Assembly: GCA_026395295.1 (NCBI GenBank)
Contig: JAPLYZ010000007.1
Location: forward strand, 66,518-130,517
Source of the DNA: Candidatus Staskawiczbacteria bacterium
GTDB taxonomy: Bacteria; Patescibacteriota; Minisyncoccia; Minisyncoccales; Staskawiczbacteraceae
Direction of reading: 5' to 3'
DNA: 64,000 nt
Positions within the stretch are counted from its first letter, which is position 1; every line of letters starts with the position of its first letter. Shown here one piece after another: positions 48,364 to 56,688 of the stretch. Below the pieces are notes generated by a model that was given only the letters and a program-made list of their open reading frames with translations, was not told where the DNA came from and did no database searches. The position numbers and the translations under genes were made by a program.

Positions 48364-48981
48364 CTATGGGTGGAACTTTTTAGCTATCTCATCAACGAAT
48401 TCCAAAGAAACAGGATCGTCGAAAAATTCTCTTGCCCATTCCCACCAAGGACCTTTGGGCGGATTTTTATACTTTTTATGGTATTCCATCGCCTGCAAAA
48501 AATTTTCCAACCTGTCGGCTTGTTTGAAAAATCTTCCCTCTTTTGTCAAACCTTTCTCATAATCAAGCCAAAGGTGTCTGATTTCACTGCTTAACTCCCT
48601 GGGCAAATCTTTTATAATTTTTTCTAAAGAAGCCTTTTCTTTCTTATATTTCTTTTCTTTTAATCTAGTTCTTTCCTTTTCAGACAATCTCGGCCATGTC
48701 TTCATCAACTCCTTTCTTTTCTTAGCATCTTTCGGCAGAATGGAGTCATACGGGGTTGTGTCTCCGGCATAAACTTCACAAATGTCGTGTATCAACGCAG
48801 TTTTCAGAACTCTTTCTATATTGAGTTTTTGTTTGCTACCCAAAATCCAGGCCATCAAAGATGCTCTAAAAATGTGATCGGCGATGCTCTCCGGATTTTT
48901 AATGTCATTTATCACCCATCCACGCCGGGGCATATCTTTTAGCTTGCCGACTTGATTGAAAAAATTAATTAAATCTTTCAT
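48364..48981 (-). CDS. HD-domain hydrolase (YfbR/HDDC2-like)
   Basis: RRGW, ESIADH, HDICE, ADRLE. Confidence 0.88.
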   Translation of the reverse strand: MKDLINFFNQVGKLKDMPRRGWVINDIKNPESIADHIFRASLMAWILGSKQKLNIERVLKTALIHDICEVYAGDTTPYDSILPKDAKKRKELMKTWPRLSEKERTRLKEKKYKKEKASLEKIIKDLPRELSSEIRHLWLDYEKGLTKEGRFFKQADRLENFLQAMEYHKKYKNPPKGPWWEWAREFFDDPVSLEFVDEIAKKFHP

Positions 48982-48989
48982 TTTGGCAA

Positions 48990-49466
48990 TTAGCTAATTT
49001 CGTATTTTATGTTTTTTATTTTATATGATATTTCCACCGGCGAAGAAATAACCACCTCATCTCCAATTTTATGACCCAAAAGAGCCCTGCCAACAGGAGA
49101 CTCGTTACTAATTTTTCCCAAAGCCGGGTTTGCCTCAAGCGTTCCGACAATCAAAAACTCGTCTTTTTGCCCATCCACGGCAATTTTAACTTTCGCGCCC
49201 AGTCCAATGACTCCTTGCTTGTCTTTTGGCGGATTTTTTATTAATTCATGATGCCCCATAATATTCCCCAACTCATCAATCCTTGCCCTCAAAAAACCGA
49301 TGTCTTCCTGGAAACTTACAAACTCGGGATTTAAATCTTCTGACTCTAAAATTTTCGGCGCTTCTTGCCCTAAAGATTTTTTCCGCTCAAAATCTACAAG
49401 CTCTTCGTATTCATTTTTGAGCTCCTGCAATTTCGCCTTTGTTATGTAAAAAATTTTTCCCTCCAT
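48990..49466 (-). CDS. greA: GreA/GreB family elongation factor
   Basis: DLNPEF, ISNESPVGRALLG. Confidence 0.85.
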   Translation of the reverse strand: MEGKIFYITKAKLQELKNEYEELVDFERKKSLGQEAPKILESEDLNPEFVSFQEDIGFLRARIDELGNIMGHHELIKNPPKDKQGVIGLGAKVKIAVDGQKDEFLIVGTLEANPALGKISNESPVGRALLGHKIGDEVVISSPVEISYKIKNIKYEIS

Positions 49467-49524
49467 AACATTATATTATTATCCTATATTATTCCGTGAG
49501 CTTAGAAAAGTCAACTCCCGTTTT

Positions 49525-50814
49525 TTATAACAAGGTTTTTTGCTTCAAAATTTTGCTTTTGCTTTTTAGCCTATTTCCATCTGCAAAAATTTTGATTTTT
49601 CCGTAAACTCCATCGTACCCGGGCTCAATTAAAACTTTTCCTTGTCGCATGCTTAAAACAGCTTCTGCAATCTCGGGCAAAGACTCTTTGGTGATTTCTT
49701 TTTCTGTTGATTCCAAAAGTATCTTAAATTCGCTGCCTAAAGTTTTTATCAAATTGTTGTAATGTCTCAAAACTTCTTTCCCTGCCACAGAAACTCCAAT
49801 TGACTCGGCGATTATTTCATTTAAGGGAATTAGACTTTTGAATGGAATTGCATTTTTCGGGACAAATCCTTCGGGTCTGTCAGCTAATTCCTCAACCCTG
49901 TTCAATACCCCAATTACCAGGGGCTTTGCGCATTTTGGGCAAATATTATTATATTTTTTTGATTGTTGCGGAGTCAGGCTCAAACTGCACAATCTGTGGC
50001 CATCATAGTGGTATTTTCCTTCTTCCGGAAAAAATTCCATTGTGTAAAGAAATTTTTTGCTGTCTTTAAACTTAATGGCTTCTGCAATTCCCTGATAACT
50101 TAATTCTGTGTCAAAAACATTTGCTTCCCTGCCAATTTTCTGCGGAGAATGAGCGTCGCTGTTGGAAATTAAAGTTATTTTGTCCAGTTGAGACAACCTC
50201 CAGTTCATTTTAGGGTCTGACGAAAGCCCTGTTTCAATTGCATAAATGTATTTTGTGTATTCATCAAAACATTCTTCCAAAGAATTAAATCCGGATTTTG
50301 AACCAAAAACAGCAAACCATGGCGTCCAGGCGTGAGCAGGCACCACCAGACAATTTTCATCAGCATCTAAAACAATTTTTGCCAATTCTTTTGCGTCTAA
50401 TCCTAAAATTGGTCTGCCATCTGAATGCAGGTTTCCAATTTTGTTTAATTTTTCATTTATTTTTTCAACAACTCTTACAGATGGGGCAAAAACAATAATA
50501 TGAACCTTCCTGACTTTGTTATTTTTTTTATAAATACAGCTGATTTCCGATGTGAGTAAAAATCTAGTAGCAAAATTATCATCAAATTGTCCCGCCTTTG
50601 GCGTGATCTGACTGTGGCGGGAAAAAAGACCCCGCTCAGCGGGGTTCAATTCTTTCTTTATGCTCTCAAACCATTTAGGGTGGGTAAAGTCGCCCGTGCC
50701 CAAAACTTTAATCCCCTTTATCTTCGCCCATCTGTCCAAATTTTCTAAATCCATAGACGGCGAAGTCGCCCTGGAATATTTTGAATGTATGTGAAAATCT
50801 CCAATAAACTTCAT
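49525..50814 (-). CDS. Endonuclease Q-like PHP-domain protein
   Basis: DFHIHSKYSRATS, GTGDFTHP, ETGLSSD, SNSDAHS, GKYHYDGHR, PGYDGVYG. Confidence 0.88.
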   Translation of the reverse strand: MKFIGDFHIHSKYSRATSPSMDLENLDRWAKIKGIKVLGTGDFTHPKWFESIKKELNPAERGLFSRHSQITPKAGQFDDNFATRFLLTSEISCIYKKNNKVRKVHIIVFAPSVRVVEKINEKLNKIGNLHSDGRPILGLDAKELAKIVLDADENCLVVPAHAWTPWFAVFGSKSGFNSLEECFDEYTKYIYAIETGLSSDPKMNWRLSQLDKITLISNSDAHSPQKIGREANVFDTELSYQGIAEAIKFKDSKKFLYTMEFFPEEGKYHYDGHRLCSLSLTPQQSKKYNNICPKCAKPLVIGVLNRVEELADRPEGFVPKNAIPFKSLIPLNEIIAESIGVSVAGKEVLRHYNNLIKTLGSEFKILLESTEKEITKESLPEIAEAVLSMRQGKVLIEPGYDGVYGKIKIFADGNRLKSKSKILKQKTLL

Positions 50815-51296
50815 ACCTTTATGCTACTTTTTTCAATTAAACTTAGTATTACATGACCCAGTTCTTTTGTTTCTATCAAAAATTTTGAGTATTTGCTTTT
50901 CTGTTTAAAGTCCAGAGGCGCTTCAAATCTTAAAAAACCCTGGGCAACTTCGGCAATATCCTTGAATTGCAAACTGGGCACCAGCCAGATATAATTACCA
51001 AGCTTCTGTCCAACCTCGTCAAAATAAGCAAAAAGCATGTAAAAGTTCTTGTCGGCCTTAAAACCCTCTTGCTGAAAATCTTTTATTAAAATTTCCTCTT
51101 TAGCCGGTCCGGCGAGAATATTGATTTTTAAGTGAGCCTCCCTGCCTTTCTCCTTGTACTCTCCTCTTTTCTCTACAACTAAATCAGCTCCGAAAAGACT
51201 TTTTTCCGGCTTAAAAATCACAAGCCGTCCGTTAACCCCGGAATTAATGCAATCAATCACCTTGTCTTCTATTTCCTCTTGTATGTTGTCTGCCAT
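50811..51296 (-). CDS. Hypothetical protein, possibly PD-(D/E)XK-like
   Basis: GADLVV and WLVPS segments; catalytic motif degenerate. Confidence 0.55.
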   Translation of the reverse strand: MADNIQEEIEDKVIDCINSGVNGRLVIFKPEKSLFGADLVVEKRGEYKEKGREAHLKINILAGPAKEEILIKDFQQEGFKADKNFYMLFAYFDEVGQKLGNYIWLVPSLQFKDIAEVAQGFLRFEAPLDFKQKSKYSKFLIETKELGHVILSLIEKSSIKV

Positions 51297-51299
51297 ATA

Positions 51300-51602
51300 T
51301 TATATTTTGAAAACGCGATACCCTTCGTGCACCTTCTCCTTTATTTTCATACCAACTCCGTCTCCTTTCTTGCCGGACTTAACCTTTTCATGATCAATTT
51401 GAAGAGACTCAACCTCTTGTTCGAAATCTGTCTCTTGCCCGCCCACAACTCTAATTGTGTCTCCAACCTTCAACGGAGCCGACAAATCAATAACCGCCAC
51501 TTCAATCTCGGAGAAATAATGAGTAATTTTTCCTATTAATTTCCCCTCTTTATCTTTTTTTGCTATTTTTTCAATTGATTTTTTTACTATTTTCTTTACC
51601 AT
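51300..51602 (-). CDS. Small beta-barrel protein (EF-Tu domain 2 / U32 peptidase C-terminal-like)
   Basis: GKITHYFSEIEVA, LKVGDTI, FEQEVESLQ. Confidence 0.8.
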   Translation of the reverse strand: MVKKIVKKSIEKIAKKDKEGKLIGKITHYFSEIEVAVIDLSAPLKVGDTIRVVGGQETDFEQEVESLQIDHEKVKSGKKGDGVGMKIKEKVHEGYRVFKI

Positions 51603-51667
51603 AATTTTTTAGTTTATTTTATTAATATGACCTTTACTCTTATCTTATCACTCTATAAAAATTTTTC

Positions 51668-51845
51668 AAACACAAAACACCAGTTTTGACTGGTGTTCTC
51701 TGGTGAGGGGGTTAATAACCTACAACGAGTTAGTGTTTTTCCTCGAGTCTAAATTCGGACAATGAATTCAGTTATATACTTTTTTTCACCTTCGTTGCAG
51801 GCTACTGTGTCCTTGAGAATAATTCTCGCACCCCCTCATAAATGC
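51668..51845 (-). ncRNA. Candidate ~170-nt structured ncRNA or leader
   Basis: TTGACA-16-TACAAT promoter; 9-bp closing stem, 13-bp and 8-bp inner stems with minus-strand G-U; terminator hairpin. Confidence 0.55.
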
Positions 51846-51926
51846 CATTGTATTATAAAATGCCTTAATGTCAACAGGGAACAGGTTGATGAGTATTAAC
51901 CTGACATTTTTTATCCTTCCATAAAA

Positions 51927-53051
51927 TTATTTTTCCATTAAGAACAGGTATTCTTGGTGCGCGCCATCACTGTTTACCCATTCGTTTGTCCAGCGCATGT
52001 TTGCCATTACATTTTTTCTATAGTCTATCTCTATCGCTTTTAATAATTTCCCCGATTCGCTTATAATGCCATTTAGTTCTTCCTTTGTGGCTCTGCCACC
52101 AGAGCTGTATGATAATAAAATATAATGCGACTTGGTCTCTTTTATCAATCTACGCAACGCTTTCATTGCGATGAATGAACCGTCCGTATCTCTTCTAAAC
52201 TCTTCAAAAACAGAACCTGCGACTTGGTCTCTGCTGTCTTCCCTGCGATTAGCTTTTCCAAAAACAACCGGCTTATCGTGTTTTATTATTGTTGTCCAAA
52301 TATGATAATAGGAGGCATAGCGCACTCTGCTCGGCGGCATTTTTTCGTTGTTTGAACCGTATGGAGGGTCAAAATAAACGAAATCAAATTCATTATTTTT
52401 TATTGTTTCGAAGATATCTCCTCTCGTAACTTTATGCTGGTCGTTATTTACAAGCCTGTTTGGTAATTTTAAAACCATATCTTTATATGAACGAGGAGAC
52501 CATTTTGATAAATAGGCGACATAATGTCCGAGCGTACTGTCAACAGAGTCGAGGGCGCGAATTAAACTTGTAAGAATTACGCACTTATCCTCCCAATTTA
52601 AATTCAATTTTTCAATTTCGTCTCTAATAGCGTCTAATTTTCTGGTATTTTTTGCCTGAAATGGTTTTTTTTCTCCCTCTTTTCTTGCCCCATAATGCTC
52701 TGTATACCAGCCGTCGTGACCCTTCAAATTATTTAAATTGTCTATAATTTCTTGATAAAACTTATCCGGTTTTTTTGATAACAAATAGCAAGTAGCAAAA
52801 ACCTCAGACCAGGTCGAAATATCGCTCGACGTCGTGTTGTATCCTAACTTTGCGAATGCCTGAGAGACGCGAGTGGACCCGCTGAATCCATCTAAAACAT
52901 TTTTTACTCCATTCAATCCATTTAAAATTTCTACAATGTAGGGTAAAATTTTTAATTTTGAACCGGCATATTTTATCCCCTCTGTTTTTGGGGTTGCTAA
53001 AATTGTTCTCCCGTAAATATTTAATTGCCGGCTCAGTTGCTGGTTTGTCAT
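51927..53051 (-). CDS. N6-adenine DNA methyltransferase (alpha / Dam-D12-like)
   Basis: KYAGSK, DGFSGS (motif I), DPPY (motif IV). Confidence 0.9.
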   Translation of the reverse strand: MTNQQLSRQLNIYGRTILATPKTEGIKYAGSKLKILPYIVEILNGLNGVKNVLDGFSGSTRVSQAFAKLGYNTTSSDISTWSEVFATCYLLSKKPDKFYQEIIDNLNNLKGHDGWYTEHYGARKEGEKKPFQAKNTRKLDAIRDEIEKLNLNWEDKCVILTSLIRALDSVDSTLGHYVAYLSKWSPRSYKDMVLKLPNRLVNNDQHKVTRGDIFETIKNNEFDFVYFDPPYGSNNEKMPPSRVRYASYYHIWTTIIKHDKPVVFGKANRREDSRDQVAGSVFEEFRRDTDGSFIAMKALRRLIKETKSHYILLSYSSGGRATKEELNGIISESGKLLKAIEIDYRKNVMANMRWTNEWVNSDGAHQEYLFLMEK

Positions 53052-53920
53052 TTGTTAAAATTATTTTTCAATTTATCAATATCTTTCTGTAAAATTTCGC
53101 TTGCTAACTTATGACCCTCCTCTGTGCTGTTGAGCGCAAGACTAAATAATCTTACCAATATTTTATTGTGTGAATAATTTATCCATCCGTTCGTAAGCGA
53201 ATCAAAATAGAAAATGGCATTTTTGGTGTGCGTCCAAAGACCTCTTTGCAGGGCGTTAGCCGATGCTCCGCCATATCTTACCTCGCAAATATAATTCCCT
53301 TGGTTATCTAAAAACATAAAAATTGGGTGCTTCCTTCCTTTGCCGGCGACCACTTTATTCAAATTTTTATCAAATTTTTGTTTTTTATCAATGAAAATAA
53401 TCCTGTCAGTTTTCTGCGCCGCTTTTTTATTATCAAAAATTATTATATTGCAAATCTGCTTTTTTTCGTTATAAATAAGGGGCATAACGTTTATTGAACC
53501 AAAATCTTTAAATTCTTCTGATTTAAAAATTGCCTCAATCTGTTTCTTGCCCTTGATGTCCTTCCCCTGTTTCATCAGGAAAGGAAACATTTTCTGTTCG
53601 CTATCTGTTGAAAGTTGCAATGGTCCGTCTCCATACGCCTTCAAGCTTATGGGAAATTCAGCTTTTGTAATTTCATTTATAATCATAATGTCTTCTTCGT
53701 GCTCTTTAGCCCTGAATAAATCCTTGCCCACATGAATACTTTTATAGTCATACATAAACTGATTTATAAACTCAGCAATGCCGATTTCTGCCAAATCGCC
53801 GTGGGTTTTATTTCCTATTAGTCGCATTGTAAAAATATTAGATAAAGTATTTATTACTAATTTATGATTTTTACTCGCCAATAGTTTAAACCTATTTTTA
53901 AATTCTTCGTATTCTTTCAT
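53048..53920 (-). CDS. Probable type II restriction endonuclease
   Basis: Overlaps the MTase by 4 nt; E..ED..SLK nuclease-like motif; call is from context. Confidence 0.65.
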   Translation of the reverse strand: MKEYEEFKNRFKLLASKNHKLVINTLSNIFTMRLIGNKTHGDLAEIGIAEFINQFMYDYKSIHVGKDLFRAKEHEEDIMIINEITKAEFPISLKAYGDGPLQLSTDSEQKMFPFLMKQGKDIKGKKQIEAIFKSEEFKDFGSINVMPLIYNEKKQICNIIIFDNKKAAQKTDRIIFIDKKQKFDKNLNKVVAGKGRKHPIFMFLDNQGNYICEVRYGGASANALQRGLWTHTKNAIFYFDSLTNGWINYSHNKILVRLFSLALNSTEEGHKLASEILQKDIDKLKNNFNK

Positions 53921-54036
53921 ATTTTTTTATTTAAAATATATTACTTTATTCTATCCCTAAAAAAGAGCGCTTTCAAGCCCGACGCCATTCGGGTCAAAAG
54001 CGTCGCATCTGACCCGAATCATCTTTAAAACAAACC

Positions 54037-54100
54037 TGTGCCCTCAACAGGAATCGCCCAGTCATACGACTGGGCGCCCTATCGTATGATGGGGCGAACC
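54037..54100 (-). pseudogene. 3' tRNA fragment with a double-hairpin insert in the T-loop
   Basis: ggttcg-[insert]-attcctgttgagggcaca. Confidence 0.65.
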
Positions 54101-54105
54101 ATTAG

Positions 54106-54178
54106 TGTCCCCGAGCTGATTTGAACAGCTATTTTTTCCTTCGGAGGGAAATGTTCTATCCAATTGAACTACGGGGAC
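54106..54178 (-). tRNA. tRNA-Arg (CCG)
   Basis: gtccccg/cggggac acceptor, tttcc-ctCCGaa-ggaaa anticodon arm, TTCAAAT T-loop. Confidence 0.93.
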
Positions 54179-54182
54179 GAAA

Positions 54183-55082
54183 TCAAAAAAACAAAGTTGC
54201 CAAATATCCCATTATGGAGAACAAAGCAATTGGAGGAAGAGCTGGAATCGGTTCTTTTTCCTTCATAAATATGTAATAGCTGAAAAATAAACCAAACAGC
54301 GAAAATAAGGCAATAATTAACGACTTGGAAAACCCAAAAGGAATTACTGAAACCGCCAGTAAGCTTGGGAAAACAACGTCCCCTCCGCCTAAAATCATAA
54401 AATTTTCAGAATACTTTTCGGGCCGCTTAATTTCTTTCAAATTACTCGAAAAAAACCTAAATGCTTTCGGAATTATAAACCCTAAAATAACCTTTTTCTC
54501 AATCATCTCCTTAAGCATCGCAACCATATGTTTAGTCTTATAAACCGCAACGAAATCGTAAACAGAAAAAATTAACAAAAGCGCCACCACAACCGCAGGG
54601 GCAAACCCCAGCCCAAAAAAACCGGCGGCTCCGGCCAATCCTAGAATCACTAAAACATCATGCACCCAAACAGATGGCGCTTCTAGCCACAAAGCCATCA
54701 AAATTCCCATTATTAAGATAGCAACAAAAACCGGCATAAATAAATTTAAAACAGTCATTCCTCCCCAGAAAACAGTTATAATAAAAATTCCTTTATAAAT
54801 TACTTCCTTAAACTTATTTATTTTTTTGTTATTATACAAGGCAAAAATTAAAACAAAGAACATTACAAACAAAAAAGAAAATAAAAAATCCTGCAAAGAA
54901 TTTTGCGGCAGATAAATTTTCTGCGCTTGGGCTAATTTGTCCAACTTAAAGGCTGAAACAACAGACAAAACAGAAGTTAGTAAAAATAACCCGCCCTCAA
55001 TTAAAAAAACTTTCCAAAATTGCTTTTGATTTTCTGCTTTATTTTTTTTATCTCTTATAATTTTCGGCAATTTATATTTCAT
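54183..55082 (-). CDS. Presenilin-like GxGD intramembrane aspartyl protease
   Basis: YD, LGGGD, PALP motifs, multi-TM. Confidence 0.88.
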   Translation of the reverse strand: MKYKLPKIIRDKKNKAENQKQFWKVFLIEGGLFLLTSVLSVVSAFKLDKLAQAQKIYLPQNSLQDFLFSFLFVMFFVLIFALYNNKKINKFKEVIYKGIFIITVFWGGMTVLNLFMPVFVAILIMGILMALWLEAPSVWVHDVLVILGLAGAAGFFGLGFAPAVVVALLLIFSVYDFVAVYKTKHMVAMLKEMIEKKVILGFIIPKAFRFFSSNLKEIKRPEKYSENFMILGGGDVVFPSLLAVSVIPFGFSKSLIIALFSLFGLFFSYYIFMKEKEPIPALPPIALFSIMGYLATLFF

Positions 55083-55181
55083 ATATAATAGTATATTCTA
55101 CCGCGTCCCTCCGAAGCTTTCAAGCGAAGGGGGATCAAAAAACCGCCTCAATGAAAAGACGGCTTTTGAAAATAACATTTT

Positions 55182-56126
55182 TTAAACTCTGGAAAAACGC
55201 GTGAAGCCCGAGCAGGGGATAATCTCAATACCTTGTTCTTCCAACTCGTCCATAAATAAATTCACTCCCAAAGAATCCGAAGACATGTGCCCGGCTATAA
55301 CAACATTTATATGGGCTCCTTCAGCTTCTTTTTTATGTTCCTCGGAAATATGCATTCCAACAACTGTGCCAACTCCTGCCTGGGCCAGTTTCTCATAAAG
55401 TTTGGAAGAACCTTCTGTGCCCCCGGTAATTTCGGTCAAGGCAATTTTTCCGCAATGATTTTCCGGACTGCCCACAAAAATTTTCGGACCAACTCCAATT
55501 TTCATCGCCTCTTTATATTCGGGAATTTCTTTTAATGCTTCAATTAGCTCGCCGACTTTTTCTATTTTTTTGCCCTCAATAAAATTTTTCAAAAATTTAG
55601 CGGCTAAATTATCGCAAGGGGTGTGAGAGTTCATTAAGTTAACTTTCATAAGTCGCGCCGCGTCAACTGTCCGCTGGTGGTTTGAAGAATTCACTCCTCT
55701 GGCAACTTCGGAAATTCTTTCCCTCATCATTCCTTCGGCAACATTAATCGGCACTCCATAATGATTGTAAACATCTGCCTGCAACTCCATAACATCTGCA
55801 AGTTTTGCCAATCCTTTTCCCATTGGATGGTGGGCAATAACTAAATCAATATTGCCCAATTCTTTGGCAATTAAAACTTCCTCGGGTCCAATGTCTATTC
55901 CAACCAAAACTTTTTTGATTTCTTTATCATCGGCAACATTATAAACCCCCGAATCTAAATATGGGTTTTCCAAGGCGTCTTTATCAAACTCCTGCTTCTC
56001 CTTTTCCGACATTTTTTCAAACTTATTCTTTTTTGCATCCAAAAGCTTCTGCGCGCCATCTCGGCCCCTGAAGTCAGAGTCCATGCCCAGCTTAATTGAT
56101 AAATTTTGGATATCTTGTATCTTCAT
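55182..56126 (-). CDS. NIF3-like protein
   Basis: NPYLDS, AHHP, HTPCD, TGGTEG, GHMSSDSLG. Confidence 0.85.
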   Translation of the reverse strand: MKIQDIQNLSIKLGMDSDFRGRDGAQKLLDAKKNKFEKMSEKEKQEFDKDALENPYLDSGVYNVADDKEIKKVLVGIDIGPEEVLIAKELGNIDLVIAHHPMGKGLAKLADVMELQADVYNHYGVPINVAEGMMRERISEVARGVNSSNHQRTVDAARLMKVNLMNSHTPCDNLAAKFLKNFIEGKKIEKVGELIEALKEIPEYKEAMKIGVGPKIFVGSPENHCGKIALTEITGGTEGSSKLYEKLAQAGVGTVVGMHISEEHKKEAEGAHINVVIAGHMSSDSLGVNLFMDELEEQGIEIIPCSGFTRFSRV

Positions 56127-56128
56127 TT

Positions 56129-56290
56129 TTACACTTTTTCTTTTATTATTTTAACAGGATTAAGCTTTACATACATTTCTTTAATGGCTTCTTCCTGTTT
56201 TTTTGCATCCCAAAACTGGCGCCTTATTTGCGCTTTTTGTGAGCGAATAAATATCCTTATTGACTTTGGAAACTTTTTGTGTGTTTTCAT
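56129..56290 (-). CDS. Small basic hypothetical protein
   Basis: MKTHKKFPKSIRIFIRSQKAQIRR; abuts the downstream gene. Confidence 0.6.
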   Translation of the reverse strand: MKTHKKFPKSIRIFIRSQKAQIRRQFWDAKKQEEAIKEMYVKLNPVKIIKEKV

Positions 56291-56419
56291 ATTTTTGTGT
56301 ATTCTCACCTTACCATAGATTAAGGAAAAGAGCAAAAAAACTGGACTCTACGTGAGGTAGGGTCCATTGTTCGCGCCTTTTACAGCGCTTTTGTTGCAAT
56401 GTGCAACCCATTGCTCGGG

Positions 56420-56518
56420 TCACATGCCGGTAACGATCGCGCTGGTCCAACTGGCGCCGTTGATAATCGCCGTAACCGATGCCTGACTCCGAAGAGTCCA
56501 TTTATTGATCTTCATCAT
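56420..56518 (-). CDS. Candidate 32-aa peptide MMKINKWTLRSQASVTAIINGASWTSAIVTGM
   Basis: SD AAGGAAAGGA, own promoter, boxA and terminator. Confidence 0.45.
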   Translation of the reverse strand: MMKINKWTLRSQASVTAIINGASWTSAIVTGM

Positions 56519-56688
56519 ACGTTCCTTTCCTTCGTACTGCATTCATTGCAGGTTAGAGGGCTGCCATAAGCAATTGAGGCAGCCATAGCCATAAAACTCC
56601 AAAATTAATTAGGGACTTATGGCTACAACTGCCAAAATAAAATTGTTAAAGAGCTATTTACTTTTAATTTATTTTATCAAAAAGCCAA

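Noticed and set aside
56310-56501. 63-aa ORF from the track
   Set aside because: It crosses the terminator, and the SD is positioned for the 56518 start in another frame.
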